Positions 12,136-23,893 are shown, counted from the first letter of the stretch. The stretch is DNA of 64,000 nucleotides from Octopus sinensis (GCF_006345805.1 NC_043005.1:100130001-100194000), one strand, 5' to 3'. The notes: generated by a model from the letters alone, not told the origin. Translations and numbers: made by a program.

Positions 12136-12758
12136 AAAAATACTTGTTTAAACCTGCGTTAACTCCATTTTTTATTCCTAATATATATTATATATATAAA
12201 GTTAAGTGTGGACCTAAAAGGATACTTCAGCTTTGTCGATGTGACAACTTTTCTAGTTTTAGCGCCATGATAAAATGCACCCAGTGCACTCTGTAAAATT
12301 GTTATTAAAAAGAGCAAAGACATTAGTAAGATGTGGTTCTCCAGTGCATCCAACACATACCAGCATGGAAAGCATATAAAAACGATCATGAAGATAATAA
12401 TCATACAAGACAGGCTTTTAAACAATCCTTTTCCCAAAATTCTAGGATTAACCAAAGGCAACAGGCTGCCTACCCAAAGAGCTATGCAATGGGAATGAAC
12501 CAAGAAACATATAACTGCAGAATGAATTCCTTAACCATACAGCTATGGCTGTGCATATATTTAATATTTCATGGGGATTAACATTTATATGATATATTTT
12601 TTTCACTTGTAATATTTAAAGTAGATATTGGCAGTGCTTGTGGAAAAGGGAACATACATAATAATGCCTGTGGCAAGCACAATTTTAATTGAGAGTAGAA
12701 AACATGAGGAGAATAAATAAAAGAATATATATATTTTTTATGTATATATATGTATAAA

Positions 12759-12793
<35 letters not shown>

Positions 12794-13639
12794 GAAAACT
12801 TAAAATTACCATTGAATCTTGTCCAATTCTGTAGATGTGTGTATGTATGAATTACGTGTGTAGATATATAGATACATATATATTACTGATTAAAATGAGT
12901 GTGCATGTGTTTGAGTGTGTGTGTTTGAGTGTGTGTGTGGGTGTGTTTGTGTGGGTGTGCGGGGGGGGGTTTTGTGTGTATGTGTGTGTCCATGCATGTG
13001 GGAGTGTTTGTGTGTGTGTCTGTGTGTGTGTTTGTGCGTATGTGTTTGTGTGTGTGTGTGTATTTGTGTATGTGTGTGTGTGTGTGTGTGTGAGTGTGTG
13101 TGTATCTTACTGATAAACACTCATGCTCAAACATACGCCCACGTATCTCTGTTTGTGTGTGCACAATAAATCTTCAAACTAGAAGCTGAAAATAAAGAGT
13201 GTTTGTATAGTAATGTTAATTGTTGTTGCTAGAGAAAATTCACTTCTTTTATGCTAATAATTCTGTTAAGAAACACATATTTATACAATTTCATTTGCCC
13301 TCCCTACAGCTCTAAGATTCTCAATATCTGCTAGCAGAATTGTTAATGTGCCAGACAAAGAATCTCAGGATTTCTTCTGAGTTCAAATGCTGTCAAGGTC
13401 AGCTTTGTCTTTACTACATTTGGGGTCAGTTAAATAAAATACCAGTCAAGCATTTGGGTAATTAATTACAATTAATTACCCCCGCCCCTTACAAAGTTTC
13501 AGGCCTTGTGCCTGGATTATAGAGGATTATTGTTGTGATTGTTGTAGTTGTTGAATTTGTGTTTATCTGTAAAATAGGATTAGAATCATTATTATTTCTA
13601 AGTCTCTCTAAAGGAGACTACGGCAGCAATATTGGATAG

Positions 13640-13953
13640 TAACAGTTATCGCCAAGCTAATATGGCAGTCCATAAATATAGGACTAAAGCTGCCATTGAT
13701 TAGCTCCAAGAGGCCATCGCCTCTAGCTAGCTATATGAAACACGGACCTGTGTCCATTATAACCGTCGAACAGGGGAGGTCAGCCACTTCCCCTTGCTGG
13801 TCAGGCATCTGCAGACATGTTTCAGGGTATTTGCCCTGGATGCAGGTTCGTGTGTCATATATCTAGCTAGAGGCGATGGCCTCTTGGAGCTAATCAGCGA
13901 CAGCTTTAGTCTTATATTTATGGACTGCCATATTAGCTTTGCAATAACTGTTA
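13640..13953. mobile_element. MITE / fold-back element with 111-bp inverted arms
   Basis: Arms 13640-13750 and 13843-13953 (taacagttat...ggacctg / caggttc...ataactgtta); TA at both outer ends. Confidence 0.85.
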
Positions 13954-14484
13954 ATATAGGATTAGAACCCAGATCTAAATAATTAATTTTGCCATTCTTC
14001 ATCAGAGATAATCTGTTTTGATTACTGAATTAGATATTAACAAATCTAGAAATAATTTTGAATCAGTGTTGCCATAATCAAATGCTGTAATCTGTTCCAT
14101 AAGTTTTACTTACAAGGCCACCAGTACCTGGGTACTCAAATTTGCCAGAAATAGCAACCAATTGCCCATCAAATCACACAATTGTCTTTAAATGGGTATA
14201 AAACAGATGGTATGATTGTGGCTAGAACATTGTTCTACTCAATCAGAGCTGATCTGGGTTAAACAGCAATAAGTCCATAGGAAGCAAAAATAAAGGTGAC
14301 CAACTATCTCATCAGAGGGCACAAAGTACAAAAGCATGGCAGCTGCACACAGAGTATGGTGCATTGCTCCAACAGATAGCAATGCTGGATGTCTAAAAAG
14401 CTGTACACGCACTGTGGCAGTGATACAATAAGAGGGATAGCATTTACCTTTGAATAACTCTGGCTTTCACCTATGAGGTAAATA

Positions 14485-14703
14485 TCAGGGGGTGCTAAAA
14501 TGTTCCTGGCTTTAAGGGTATAGTAAAGGCCTGGTTGGGGGCCCAACCTTCCAAGTTCTTTTACAGGGCTTAAAAAAACTGAAGGGGTGCTGCAATAAGC
14601 TTCTGAATCTGAGAGGAGGGGAACATATTAAATAAAATCGTAATTAACTGATCCTCCTGCATTTTCTTTCACTCAAGGCCGGGAACTTTTCAGTATTGCC
14701 TGG
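14485..14703. mobile_element. Mariner-type MITE (same family as 55789-56004, opposite orientation)
   Basis: Degenerate TIR ..ggggtgctaaaatgttcctggc / gccgggaacttttcag..., TA flanks, and shared interior attaactgatcctcctgcattttc. Confidence 0.7.
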
Positions 14704-14959
14704 TATATTCTGCTACGTCTCCCCATCACCTGTCATGTCTTTGATGCTCTGCTGAGTCAAAAGTGTGATGGGTAACACTGGACGCTCATGGACACATGGG
14801 AAGCTATGCTAGTAGTGAATGCATGGTGCATGAAAAAAAGCCCCTTCTGTAATTGGCATCTCTGCTACAACTGTCATTAAGCTGAGATTAAACGGGTTTT
14901 TGTAGAATATTAGAAAGGAATCATACAATATGTCACTGTCACTGTTAGTGACACTCATC

Positions 14960-15278
14960 TATAGATATCACTGGTGGCACGTGAAAAAAAAACATTCGAG
15001 CGAGGTCGTCACTAGTGCCGTTGGACTGGCTCCTGTGCAGGTGGCACGTAAAAAGTACCATTTGAGCGTGGCTGTTGCCAGTACCACCAAACTGGCCCTC
15101 GTGCCAGTGGCATATAAAAGCACCCACTACACCCTCAGAGTGGTTGGCGTTAGGAAGGGCATCCAGCTGTCGAAACTCTGCCAGATTAGACTGGAGTCTG
15201 GTTCGCCAGACCTCAGTCAAATCGTCCAACCCATGCTAGCATGGAAAGCGGACGTTAAATGATGATGATGATGATGAT
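14960..15278 (+). mobile_element. SINE family C with three array units
   Basis: gtggcacgtaaaaag units, RTE-like tail and (gat)n. Confidence 0.85.
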
Positions 15279-15675
15279 CTGGTGACAAGACAAAGAGACA
15301 CAAACATACAACACACACGCACACACATGTATGTATGTATTTGTGTGACAAACTTCTGTTAGTTTCTCTCAATGAATCAACTCACAAGGCTTTAATTTGT
15401 CCAGAGCCATAGCAAAAGGCACTTGCTCAAGGTGTCACACTGAGTAATTGAACCTGAAACTATGTGGTTGGGAAGCAAACTTTCTAACCATGCAGTCACA
15501 TCTGTATTATAGTGTGTGTGCACGTGTGTGTGTGTGTATGTGTTTGTACAACAGTCACACACACACACATTACATTACATATATACATACAGACAGACAG
15601 GCAGAGACAACTGCTTTCAAACATCCAGCTTTTGCAGCTAAATTATAAATTCACACTTTTACCAATAATATTTAG

Positions 15676-15778
15676 TGCAACAAGTTTTGACAGTAAATGC
15701 CTGAGTGACAATCTGGATAAGTCAGGGCTTTCAGAAAAAGAAACCAACCAACGAACTTGCACATTACAAATACAATCA
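15676..15778 (+). CDS. Weak candidate internal exon (S)ATSFDSKCLSDNLDKSGLSEKETNQRTCTLQIQS
   Basis: Acceptor tttag (or in-frame ttttgcag at 15637), consensus donor GTAAGT at 15779 and an open frame in unique sequence. No recognisable homology. Confidence 0.25.
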
Positions 15779-16086
15779 GTAAGTGGAACAGTAAAAATAT
15801 GCAAGACTTTTCTGAAGTTTAAAATGTGACATTATTTTTGTTATCTATATTTCAATGATAGAGTTTTATATCTTTGTTAGAGTCCAGATCCATCCTGAGA
15901 GGAAGAATTTAAATAATTAAAAACAAGAAAACGAACATACAAACATATATATGTATGTGGATGTATGTATTATATATCCATATGTATAAATGCATACACA
16001 TGTATACATACATATGTAAATATATGCATGTATTCATATACTCATATGCGTATATTTATATATATATATATATATGTATCCAAACT

Positions 16087-16140
<54 letters not shown>

Positions 16141-16192
16141 CTGAACTTATATTATATATATATATATATATATATATGTATCTGAACTTATA

Positions 16193-16246
16193 TATGCGAA
16201 ATCTGTGATGAGCCTGAGTGATGCTGATGACTTAGAGTTGCCTCTG

Positions 16247-16278
<32 letters not shown>

Positions 16279-16358
16279 ATGTATGTACATATATATATAT
16301 ATATGTGTATGTATCTGAACTTATACATATATATATATTATATGTATGTATCCAAACT

Positions 16359-16394
<36 letters not shown>

Positions 16395-16462
16395 CTGAAC
16401 TTATATATATACTGTATATATATATATATGTATAAGTTCAGATACATACACATATATATATG

Positions 16463-16524
<62 letters not shown>

Positions 16525-16573
16525 GCAACTCTAAGTGATCCGCATCACTCGAGCTCATCACATATTTTGCATA
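16193..16573. repeat. Fold-back inverted duplication spanning a TA-rich minisatellite
   Basis: 58-bp unique arms 16193-16250 / 16516-16573, extended inward by inverted tatgtatctgaacttataca blocks at about 16303-16327 and 16428-16452. Confidence 0.85.
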
Positions 16574-16802
16574 AGACATGTTCCTGCTCACAGAAATTCA
16601 TGTTTTTCATGAATTCATTTCTAGCCCCAAACGGCTTATTTTTTTTACATCTGACACTATGTTTTTCTGCATTTCTAAGTTAAGGGTCAAAACAAAACAA
16701 CCCTGCAAAGCACAACTGACCGCTTCACACAGACCCACAGAATAACAACAATCAAATAACGACAGTGGAGTGCACAACAAGCATCAGTGACCGGACTGTT
16801 AC

Positions 16803-16926
16803 CTGTACTCTTGACAAGAAATGCTCGTTAGTCTTCTACACCTACCAGGCTTGTTCATATTAGCCTGAGTTGCTGGGTAATTTTTGGTTCTTTCAAGAAT
16901 ATTGTCGAACGGAAACTTTTCATAGA
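16803..16926 (-). CDS. Weak candidate exon YEKFPFDNILERTKNYPATQANMNKPGRCRRLTSISCQEY
   Basis: Minus-strand ttccag acceptor, CAG|GTAACA donor (alternative CTG|GTAGGT) and an open frame. No recognised homology. Confidence 0.2.
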
Positions 16927-17497
16927 CTGGAATTTAAACCCTAATCTCTATAAACATTCATTGTTTCAAGAAGACATTGAATTTAAATTACTTTTAATTT
17001 TTATGATTATAGATAATAACTCAGGCTGTAACTTCTGAGCTCAAGTCAGGAATGTGTGAACAATGTTGAGAGAACGTCTTCTATGAATGATATTTTTTGA
17101 CCTAGAGCATCTCTAAGATGTCTACTAGACACTGAATGAAAATAAACGAACTGCGACCAAGCTCAATAAAAGAAGCCAGAGTTATTGGCTGCAATTACAT
17201 ACATGAAGTTAGTATTAGCAGAAATGAAACCAGCTTGCACATATACTTTCACTTTACTAAATTTATACTCAGGTTAAGCCCGAACAGCCCAAGTAACAGA
17301 GTCACCACTGATATATATATATACATATAGTCAGTGGCCCAGGAACAAAATTTTCTTAGGGGGTGCAAACTCAGTTCCAAAATTTGGCACTACTGTAGAA
17401 GTGTGGATCCGAGTACTGGGAGTGTGCATGTCACAAATTTGCACATGCGAGCATGTTAGTTGTAAGTAGTCGATTTTAGCATACAGGTAAACAACGA

Positions 17498-17912
17498 GAT
17501 GTGCGGTACTTGCTGTAAATGGAGGTGGGTTATCCATCTAATACAAGAAGAAAATTGCAGATAAACTGAATAAAAACATGAAAAATAACAAAACGATATT
17601 TCATTGAAAAGTAAACCATTCTGAAAAATAGTTCAGAATGTTTTCAAAACATTCATCTCCAGCTTTTCCCATATTTTATTAAAGGTTAGGGGTTAGGGTT
17701 TAGGGTTAGGTTGAAGGTTAGGGTTTAGGGTTTTTTTTTGTTGTTTTTATGACCAGGTCAAACGCTTTAGTTTGATCGTTTAGGGTTAGGGGAGATGAAT
17801 GTTTTTTTCAGTATTCAATGATTATTTTTCACTGTTATATTTATTTTATCTACAATTTTCTTTTTGTATTACATGGTTAACCCAGCTCAATTTACAGCAA
17901 GTAGCGCACATC
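17498..17912. mobile_element. Nested MITE-like element with central TTAGGG-like repeats
   Basis: 32-bp IR 17498-17529 / 17881-17912; inner IR aaaacattcatctcc / ggagatgaatgtttt; degenerate (TTAGGG/TTTAGGG) at 17684-17731 and 17779-17791. Confidence 0.7.
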
Positions 17913-17914
17913 CG

Positions 17915-18594
17915 CTTATCTCAAACTGGTAAAGCTCCTCTGTAACATTGCCAGGCCAGGGACTTTTTGTAATTATCCATAGGCCCTGAACCGAATATTC
18001 TTTGGAACAGGCTGGCCAGTTGATTTTCATCGAAGCCCAGGGTTTCTCCCAGGATGTCGTCACACTTAAAGTCTACTAACCCTCTATAGAAGAACGAGGT
18101 AGTACCCCTGCCACCGGTGTTGCCCGACTGGGAGAGAAGCACGGGTGCCTGATGTCACTCTACATGCCATACGCCCAACCTCGGTCTACACTTGATCTAT
18201 GGGTTCAGTTTGGTAAACGATGTGAACTGTGAAAATAACAGCTTGACAAACTGACACCACACCTGCTCACCGTCCAGGTAAAGCCAGAGGTGCCTAAGCC
18301 TGAGCACATTTTTAGTCACGGCATCCTTAACCCACCCTTCAGCAGCTTTTGGCAGCAAATAGAGCACCTTACAAGAGGTCTGCTGCCCCTCCACAAAAAG
18401 TGAAAGAGCATGCGTTCCAGCTTGTTCAGCCACGAATCGGGGCAAGGCACGACGGTCAGGCAGTAAGTGATTACAGAGGCGATGTTGCTGTATAAAGCGT
18501 TGATCCATCTGCGGAATGTCGGGCCGAAGCCAGCCGCTGCCAGATACTGATGGTCCACCCTATCGAACGCTTTTGATTGGTCCAAGTGGACCAT
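17915..18594 (-). pseudogene. Tx1/L1-clade LINE ORF2 fragments, internally deleted
   Basis: VHLDQSKAFDRVDHQYL..GFGPTFRRWINALY (RT motif), joined to VITY.LTVVPCP..WL.KLERMLF.FLW.G.RPLV...GGL, and later KSLAWQCYRGALPV*DK. Confidence 0.85.
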
Positions 18595-19484
18595 AGCTAG
18601 GTGGCAGCTGTCTTCAATAATTCAAGTAATGCTATATATTCAAAATTAACCATACATGCTGGTTTGTTGTTATTGTTGCTGCTACTGTTGTCATTGTCAA
18701 TTATTTTTTGTATTTTGACCCTTCTTTCCTTCAGAAGTTAGGGGTCATAAACTCCCCAGGGAATTTTATGCCAGCTTCATCACTTTTATTTATTCATTTA
18801 TTTTTTGTTTTGAAACGAGATCGAAATTAAGCATTTTATACCAACAGATTTTAGACACTTTTTTCTGAAGCTGGTAAGATTATGTAGGGGGTGCAAATTT
18901 TGATCTTGCACCCCCTGTTCCCGGGCCCTTGTATATAGTCCCTTAATATTTGATATTCAACATTTCATCTACTCAATAAGACAATCAATACTTCATTTCA
19001 TTTTACTCTCTGTATATACTATTTATACTATATATTCTATGTTCTACATTAATATAATAAAGAATATAAATAAAACATAAAAAACAGACAGAGTTGGAAT
19101 TCCTTTGAACAATATATATCTCTCTATACACAATCATAGAAACCCCTTATATATATATATACATATACATACACACATACATATATATATGTATACATAA
19201 AAGAAAAAAAAATGCACACACATATTTTTAAGTTGCCTCTTCATCATTTAATGTTTTCCATGCTAGCATGGGTTGGACAGAGTGTGTGTGTATGTGTGTG
19301 TGTGTGTGTATCTATCTATAACTATCAACCTCATAGCATCATAATTTTGAAATAGCTATAAAACTGTCAGAAGTTTGTTTATTTTTATGTTTTTGGATTT
19401 ATTATTAGTGTTGCTTAATATGTTTTGCTAAAATTACTCTTTCTTTTTAGATATCATCAGAAAAAGGTAATTAAAATTCATTAA

Positions 19485-20553
19485 ATGACAGATACATCAG
19501 ACTTTCAAAGTGGTCAAATTGTTGGTGCTCGTATGGCAGGTGCTAGCATAATGAAAACAGCCGGAATGTTTGGTGTATCAAGAAGTACTGTCTCAAAAGT
19601 AATGACAGCCTTTGAGAAAGAGGGAAAAACCTCCTCATCAAAACAAAACTCTAGAAGAAAACCAAAACTTTCAGATAGGGACCGTTGAACTCTTATGCAA
19701 ATTGTTAGAAAGGATGACAAAAGTACAGCTCCCGAAATTACTGCAGAGCTTAATGACCCCCTCAAGAACCCAGTTTCCACAAAAACTGTTCACTGGGAGC
19801 TGCACAAAGCCTGATTTCACGGGAGGGCTGCAATCAGAAAACCACTTCTTTCAAAAACAAACGTTGCAAAGCATTTAGAGTGGAGTAAAAACCTACAGAA
19901 TTGGTCCCTAGAGCAGTGGAAGAATGTTATTTTCTCATTCAAGTCATTCTTTACCATATTTCCAACCACCGGCTGAGTATATGTGTGGAGACAGCCAAAA
20001 GAAGCATTTAACCCAGACTGCCTTCTTCCAACTGTTAGACATGGAGGAGGATCTGTGATGCTCAGGGGTGGGGGCTGTATCTTGGAAATCCACTGTCCCA
20101 ATGGTTTCTCTTCATGGCAGAATTAATAGTCAAAACTATTTAAGCATTTTATCTGATCAAATTCATCGTATAGTTGCAGAACTCTTTCCAGAGAGAAATG
20201 CAATTCTTTCAGTATGATAATGCACTGATTCACATAGCTAAAGTTGTTACTGAATGGCACAAGGAACATTCTAGTAAAGTTGAACATCTTATCTGGCCAC
20301 CACAGTTCTCAGATCTCAATATTATTGAACATTTACGGTGCATTTTAGAAAAACAAGTAAGGAGTCAATATCCTCCACCATCATCACTACAAGAACTGGA
20401 GACTGTTTTAGGTGAAGAATGGACAAAAATTCCCTTGGAAACAATTGAAACTTTAAATCCAAGCCATAATTACTGCCAAAGGTTGTCCTACCCCATATTA
20501 AAATAAATTTGTTTAAAATTTTAAGGTGTTTCCATTATTTTGTCCAGCTCCTG
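19485..20553 (+). mobile_element. Tc1-like DNA transposon fossil, near-complete transposase (D36E spacing), right TIR present
   Basis: Paired-like HTH (SDFQSGQIVGAR...GVSRSTVSKV); AAIRKPLL; VYVWR..PTVRHGGGSVM; FQYDNA...WPPQFSDLNIIE. Right end ggtgtttccattattttgtccagctcctg followed by TA. Several stops and frameshifts; first catalytic D lost; left TIR not found. Confidence 0.9.
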
Positions 20554-20560
20554 TAAATAC

Positions 20561-21012
20561 ATCTATCATATAAAATCTGTTCTGTCTGTCTGTGTGTGTG
20601 TTTTCTAGGATCTCGGGCATCCTCCATCTGACTGCGCTCAAATTTGATATGTAGACACCGACGGTATCAAGGCGTGTATAGGTCTTGAAAAAATTTCAAA
20701 ATCGATTCCAGGTGAGAATGCGATCGATAAAGCCGTGGGAACGTGCATTTGTATGCGCAAGTACATCAGCTGTTGTGATTGATACTACTTTAAACTCTTT
20801 GGTTGCATAGTTGTGTGAATAAAGTAGTTTTTCTTTGGAATAGAAAAAAAGTCTATCTTTATTTCTTCTTTTTCTGGTGTCTCAAATCTAGGTTAAATCA
20901 GTGTTTCTCAAAGGGGAGGCCTATGGGACGGTCGGACAAGTTGTTTTTGAGAAAATTTGGTTTAAATGTTTGACAACTCAGCACCGTCCATTGGACGAGG
21001 GGCATTTTGCTC
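20561..21012 (+). mobile_element. Helitron-like non-autonomous element
   Basis: 5' atctatcatataaaa followed by (ctgt)n and a subterminal 3' hairpin cgtcca-t-tggacg (20985-20997), the usual layout of short Helitron/HINE elements. 3' CTAG is degraded. Confidence 0.55.
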
Positions 21013-21057
<45 letters not shown>

Positions 21058-21924
21058 GAGATTCATAGACAGACATATATAAATATGATTGCACAAACAA
21101 TGAAAAATTCCTTGCCATAAACAGACCTTCTCTATACATCATGCTTGACATGAAATATGCATCTTGTGTGTGCATTCACATGCATTCACATGTATTTGTG
21201 TCTGTGTGTGTATGAATGGAATATTTATGCAAGTGCTTTTGTATGTCTACATGTGTGTGTGTGTGTGTGCAGATGTGCATGCATGTGTGTGCATGTGTAT
21301 CTGTAGATTAGTGCCACCATTTATCAGTGTGCAAGGGTAGAAGAGAGAATATTTAACAAAAACCTATCAGAATCAAAACTTGCCATATTTTACAGGCTCC
21401 AGGGTAAAAAGCTTCTTATGTAGAGAGAGAGAGGGGACAATTCTTTTCAATTAACCTTGCCTGTTAAGGTTAGAATCACCCTCACTCATCATCTTATTCT
21501 TCATTTCACCATGCTTCTTCTTCTTCTTCATCATCTCTCTCTCTCTCTTTCAATGTTTTCTGAACCTAGACATTATACTGAGACATAGAGACTGGCACAG
21601 ATGAAGTGTCTACGTTTTTAATAAAGAAATCTTGTCAAAATATAGCAAACATGTGTTGTAGAACGATGATGATCTGTCTGAAATTGTTATAGTCACTGGT
21701 AGGAAAAAAAAAATATATATATATGTATGTATATTTATGTATTATATATATATACATACATATATACATACAAATATAACATATATATATAATGTTGGAA
21801 ACTAGAGATGACGAATCTAATAATAAAATATCATATAAAAAGAGGAAGATTAAAAACTGTTCCCTGTTATGAATTCATGTTAGGATGTTGTAGAATGGAG
21901 TCATTTTCAGAAGCTTGTTTATTC

Positions 21925-21990
<66 letters not shown>

Positions 21991-22502
21991 GTATATATAG
22001 ATATAGATATATATGTATATATTGGTTAGCTAATGATATTTGTATTTGTGTATATATGTTTACATATGTGTATATGTACATGTATGTGTACATGACACAT
22101 GAATACGTGTATGTAATGGAGTCACAACATAGATCTTGTTTACCCTTTTATATATGTGTATATATATATGTGTATATATATATATGTGTGTGTGTGTGTT
22201 ACATATTATATATCTACATACATATATATGTGTATGTGTGTATGTATATATATATATATATACATATACATACACACACATACACATATATATATATGCA
22301 TGTATTATGTATGTATATATGTGTGTATACACACACACACATGCTGTTAGTTTAACATTACGTGTATGCAAATATGTGTGTGAATGCATGTATGCATATT
22401 ATATGTTTGTGTGTGGCTGTAGAGGAATGTGTACATGTGTGTATTTATATTTGAGTATATATGTATACTGGTGTGTATATGCATGTATATATGTCAAAAT
22501 CC

Positions 22503-22541
<39 letters not shown>

Positions 22542-22674
22542 CCTTCTTTCTCTTTTGCTATCTCTCTCTATATTTTCCTTAGTCTTTCTGTCATTGCTTC
22601 CAGTTACATGCATGACATTAATTATTGCCTGTATGATAACTTTAATCAAATACCAGCATCTCCATCGTTAGCTT

Positions 22675-23190
22675 CTATGTACCACCACCACCACCACCAC
22701 TACCACCACCACCACCACCACCACCACTACCACCACCACCACCACCACCACACCACCACCACCACCACACTACCACCACCACCACCACCGCCACCGCCAC
22801 CGCCACAACCACCACCACCACCACCACCACCAAAACCACCACCACCACCACCACCACCACCACTACCACCACTACCACCACCACCACCACCACCACCACC
22901 ACCCCTACCACCACCACCCACCACCACCACCACCACCACACCGCCACCACCGCCACCACCGCCACACCACCACCACCACCGCCACCACCGCCACCACCAC
23001 CACCACCACAACCACTACCACCACCACCACCACCACCACCACCACCACCACCACCACTACCACCACCACCACCACCACCACCACCACCACCACCCACCAC
23101 CACCACCACCACCGCCACCGCCACCACCACCACCACCACCACCACCACCACCACCATTACGGCCATACTAACATCCCCCACCACCATTAC
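22675..23190. repeat. Long imperfect (CCA)n array (~0.5 kb)
   Basis: Seen directly; source of the poly-P/H/T/G/V/W ORFs. Confidence 0.95.
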
Positions 23191-23655
23191 AATCTTAGCC
23201 AACATCATCACTGCTATCACCTGACAGGAGATGTATTTATATGAAGTATTCTGGTGTTTGCCTAGAGAATATTTGTCAATGCTGTTAAAGGTGCAAATAA
23301 ACCCTTAAGTAGATTGGACAATGTCTGTAGAGGAGGAAGGGAGAGTATGTTGGATGATAAAACAGTAGGAACACAACCATCTTGTGTCGGGGTTAAGGAT
23401 TTGTGGTGGCACCTAACTTGGAAGGGGCTTCAAGATGAATTAGTGTGGAAAAGGTAGATAGAAAGAGTGTGTTGGTGTGTTTAGATTTATTAGTGGCTTT
23501 CCTAGGGTCTGCAACAGTTATATATGAAAGAAATGTCAACGAGGTGAGCCCTATGTGCTACACGTGTACTGTAAATAAGTTAACAACTGGCAGAGGACCA
23601 TGAGTTTTTAGGAGGAGGTGAAAGTCAATAACATTTATCCCAGTACTTGACTAGT

Positions 23656-23893
23656 GGAGGCACATGGCTTAGTGGTCAGGGTGTTGGACTCATGACTGTA
23701 AAATTGTCGTTTCGATTCCTGGACCAGGCGATATGTTGTGTTCTTGAGCCAAACACTTCATTTCATGTTGCCCCAGTCCACTCAGCTGGCAAAAATGAGT
23801 TAATCCTTCAAAGGACTGGCATCCCATCCAGGTGGGGGAATTTATATGCCATGGAAACTGGAAGCCGGCCCTTATGAGTTGGTATGACTTCAC
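23656..23893 (+). mobile_element. tRNA-derived CORE-type SINE
   Basis: Head ggcacatggcttagtggt...gtttcgattcc, then gttgtgttcttgagccaaacactt (CORE-like) and ccagtccactcagctggcaaaaatgagt. Confidence 0.75.

Larger units (their letters stand above)
10262..12180 (+). mobile_element. Penelope-like retroelement, family A (5'-truncated, inverted 3' terminus at the left end)
   Basis: RT and GIY-YIG remnants; 30-bp perfect inverted repeat 10407-10436 / 12151-12180; hammerhead remnant near 12054; TA-rich flanks on both sides. Confidence 0.9.
17332..18931. mobile_element. Non-autonomous hAT-like DNA transposon
   Basis: 16-bp TIRs cagtggcccaggaaca / rc caagggcccgggaaca (13/16). 8-bp TSD catatagt (17324-17331) / tatatagt (18932-18939). 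Subterminal agggggtgcaa motifs at both ends. Confidence 0.75.

Noticed and set aside
13690-13750. Hammerhead in the fold-back arm (CTGATTA...GAAA)
   Set aside because: The core has a mismatch and about 9 extra nt separate the stem from GAAA.
17684-17791. True telomere or chromosome-fusion scar
   Set aside because: Short, degenerate, single-orientation runs embedded in a palindromic element; no head-to-head arrays.
22461-23220. 236-aa and 181-aa ORFs (poly-Pro/His/Gly/Val)
   Set aside because: Pure (CCA)n read-through with frame slips; open in most frames because the repeat contains no stops.
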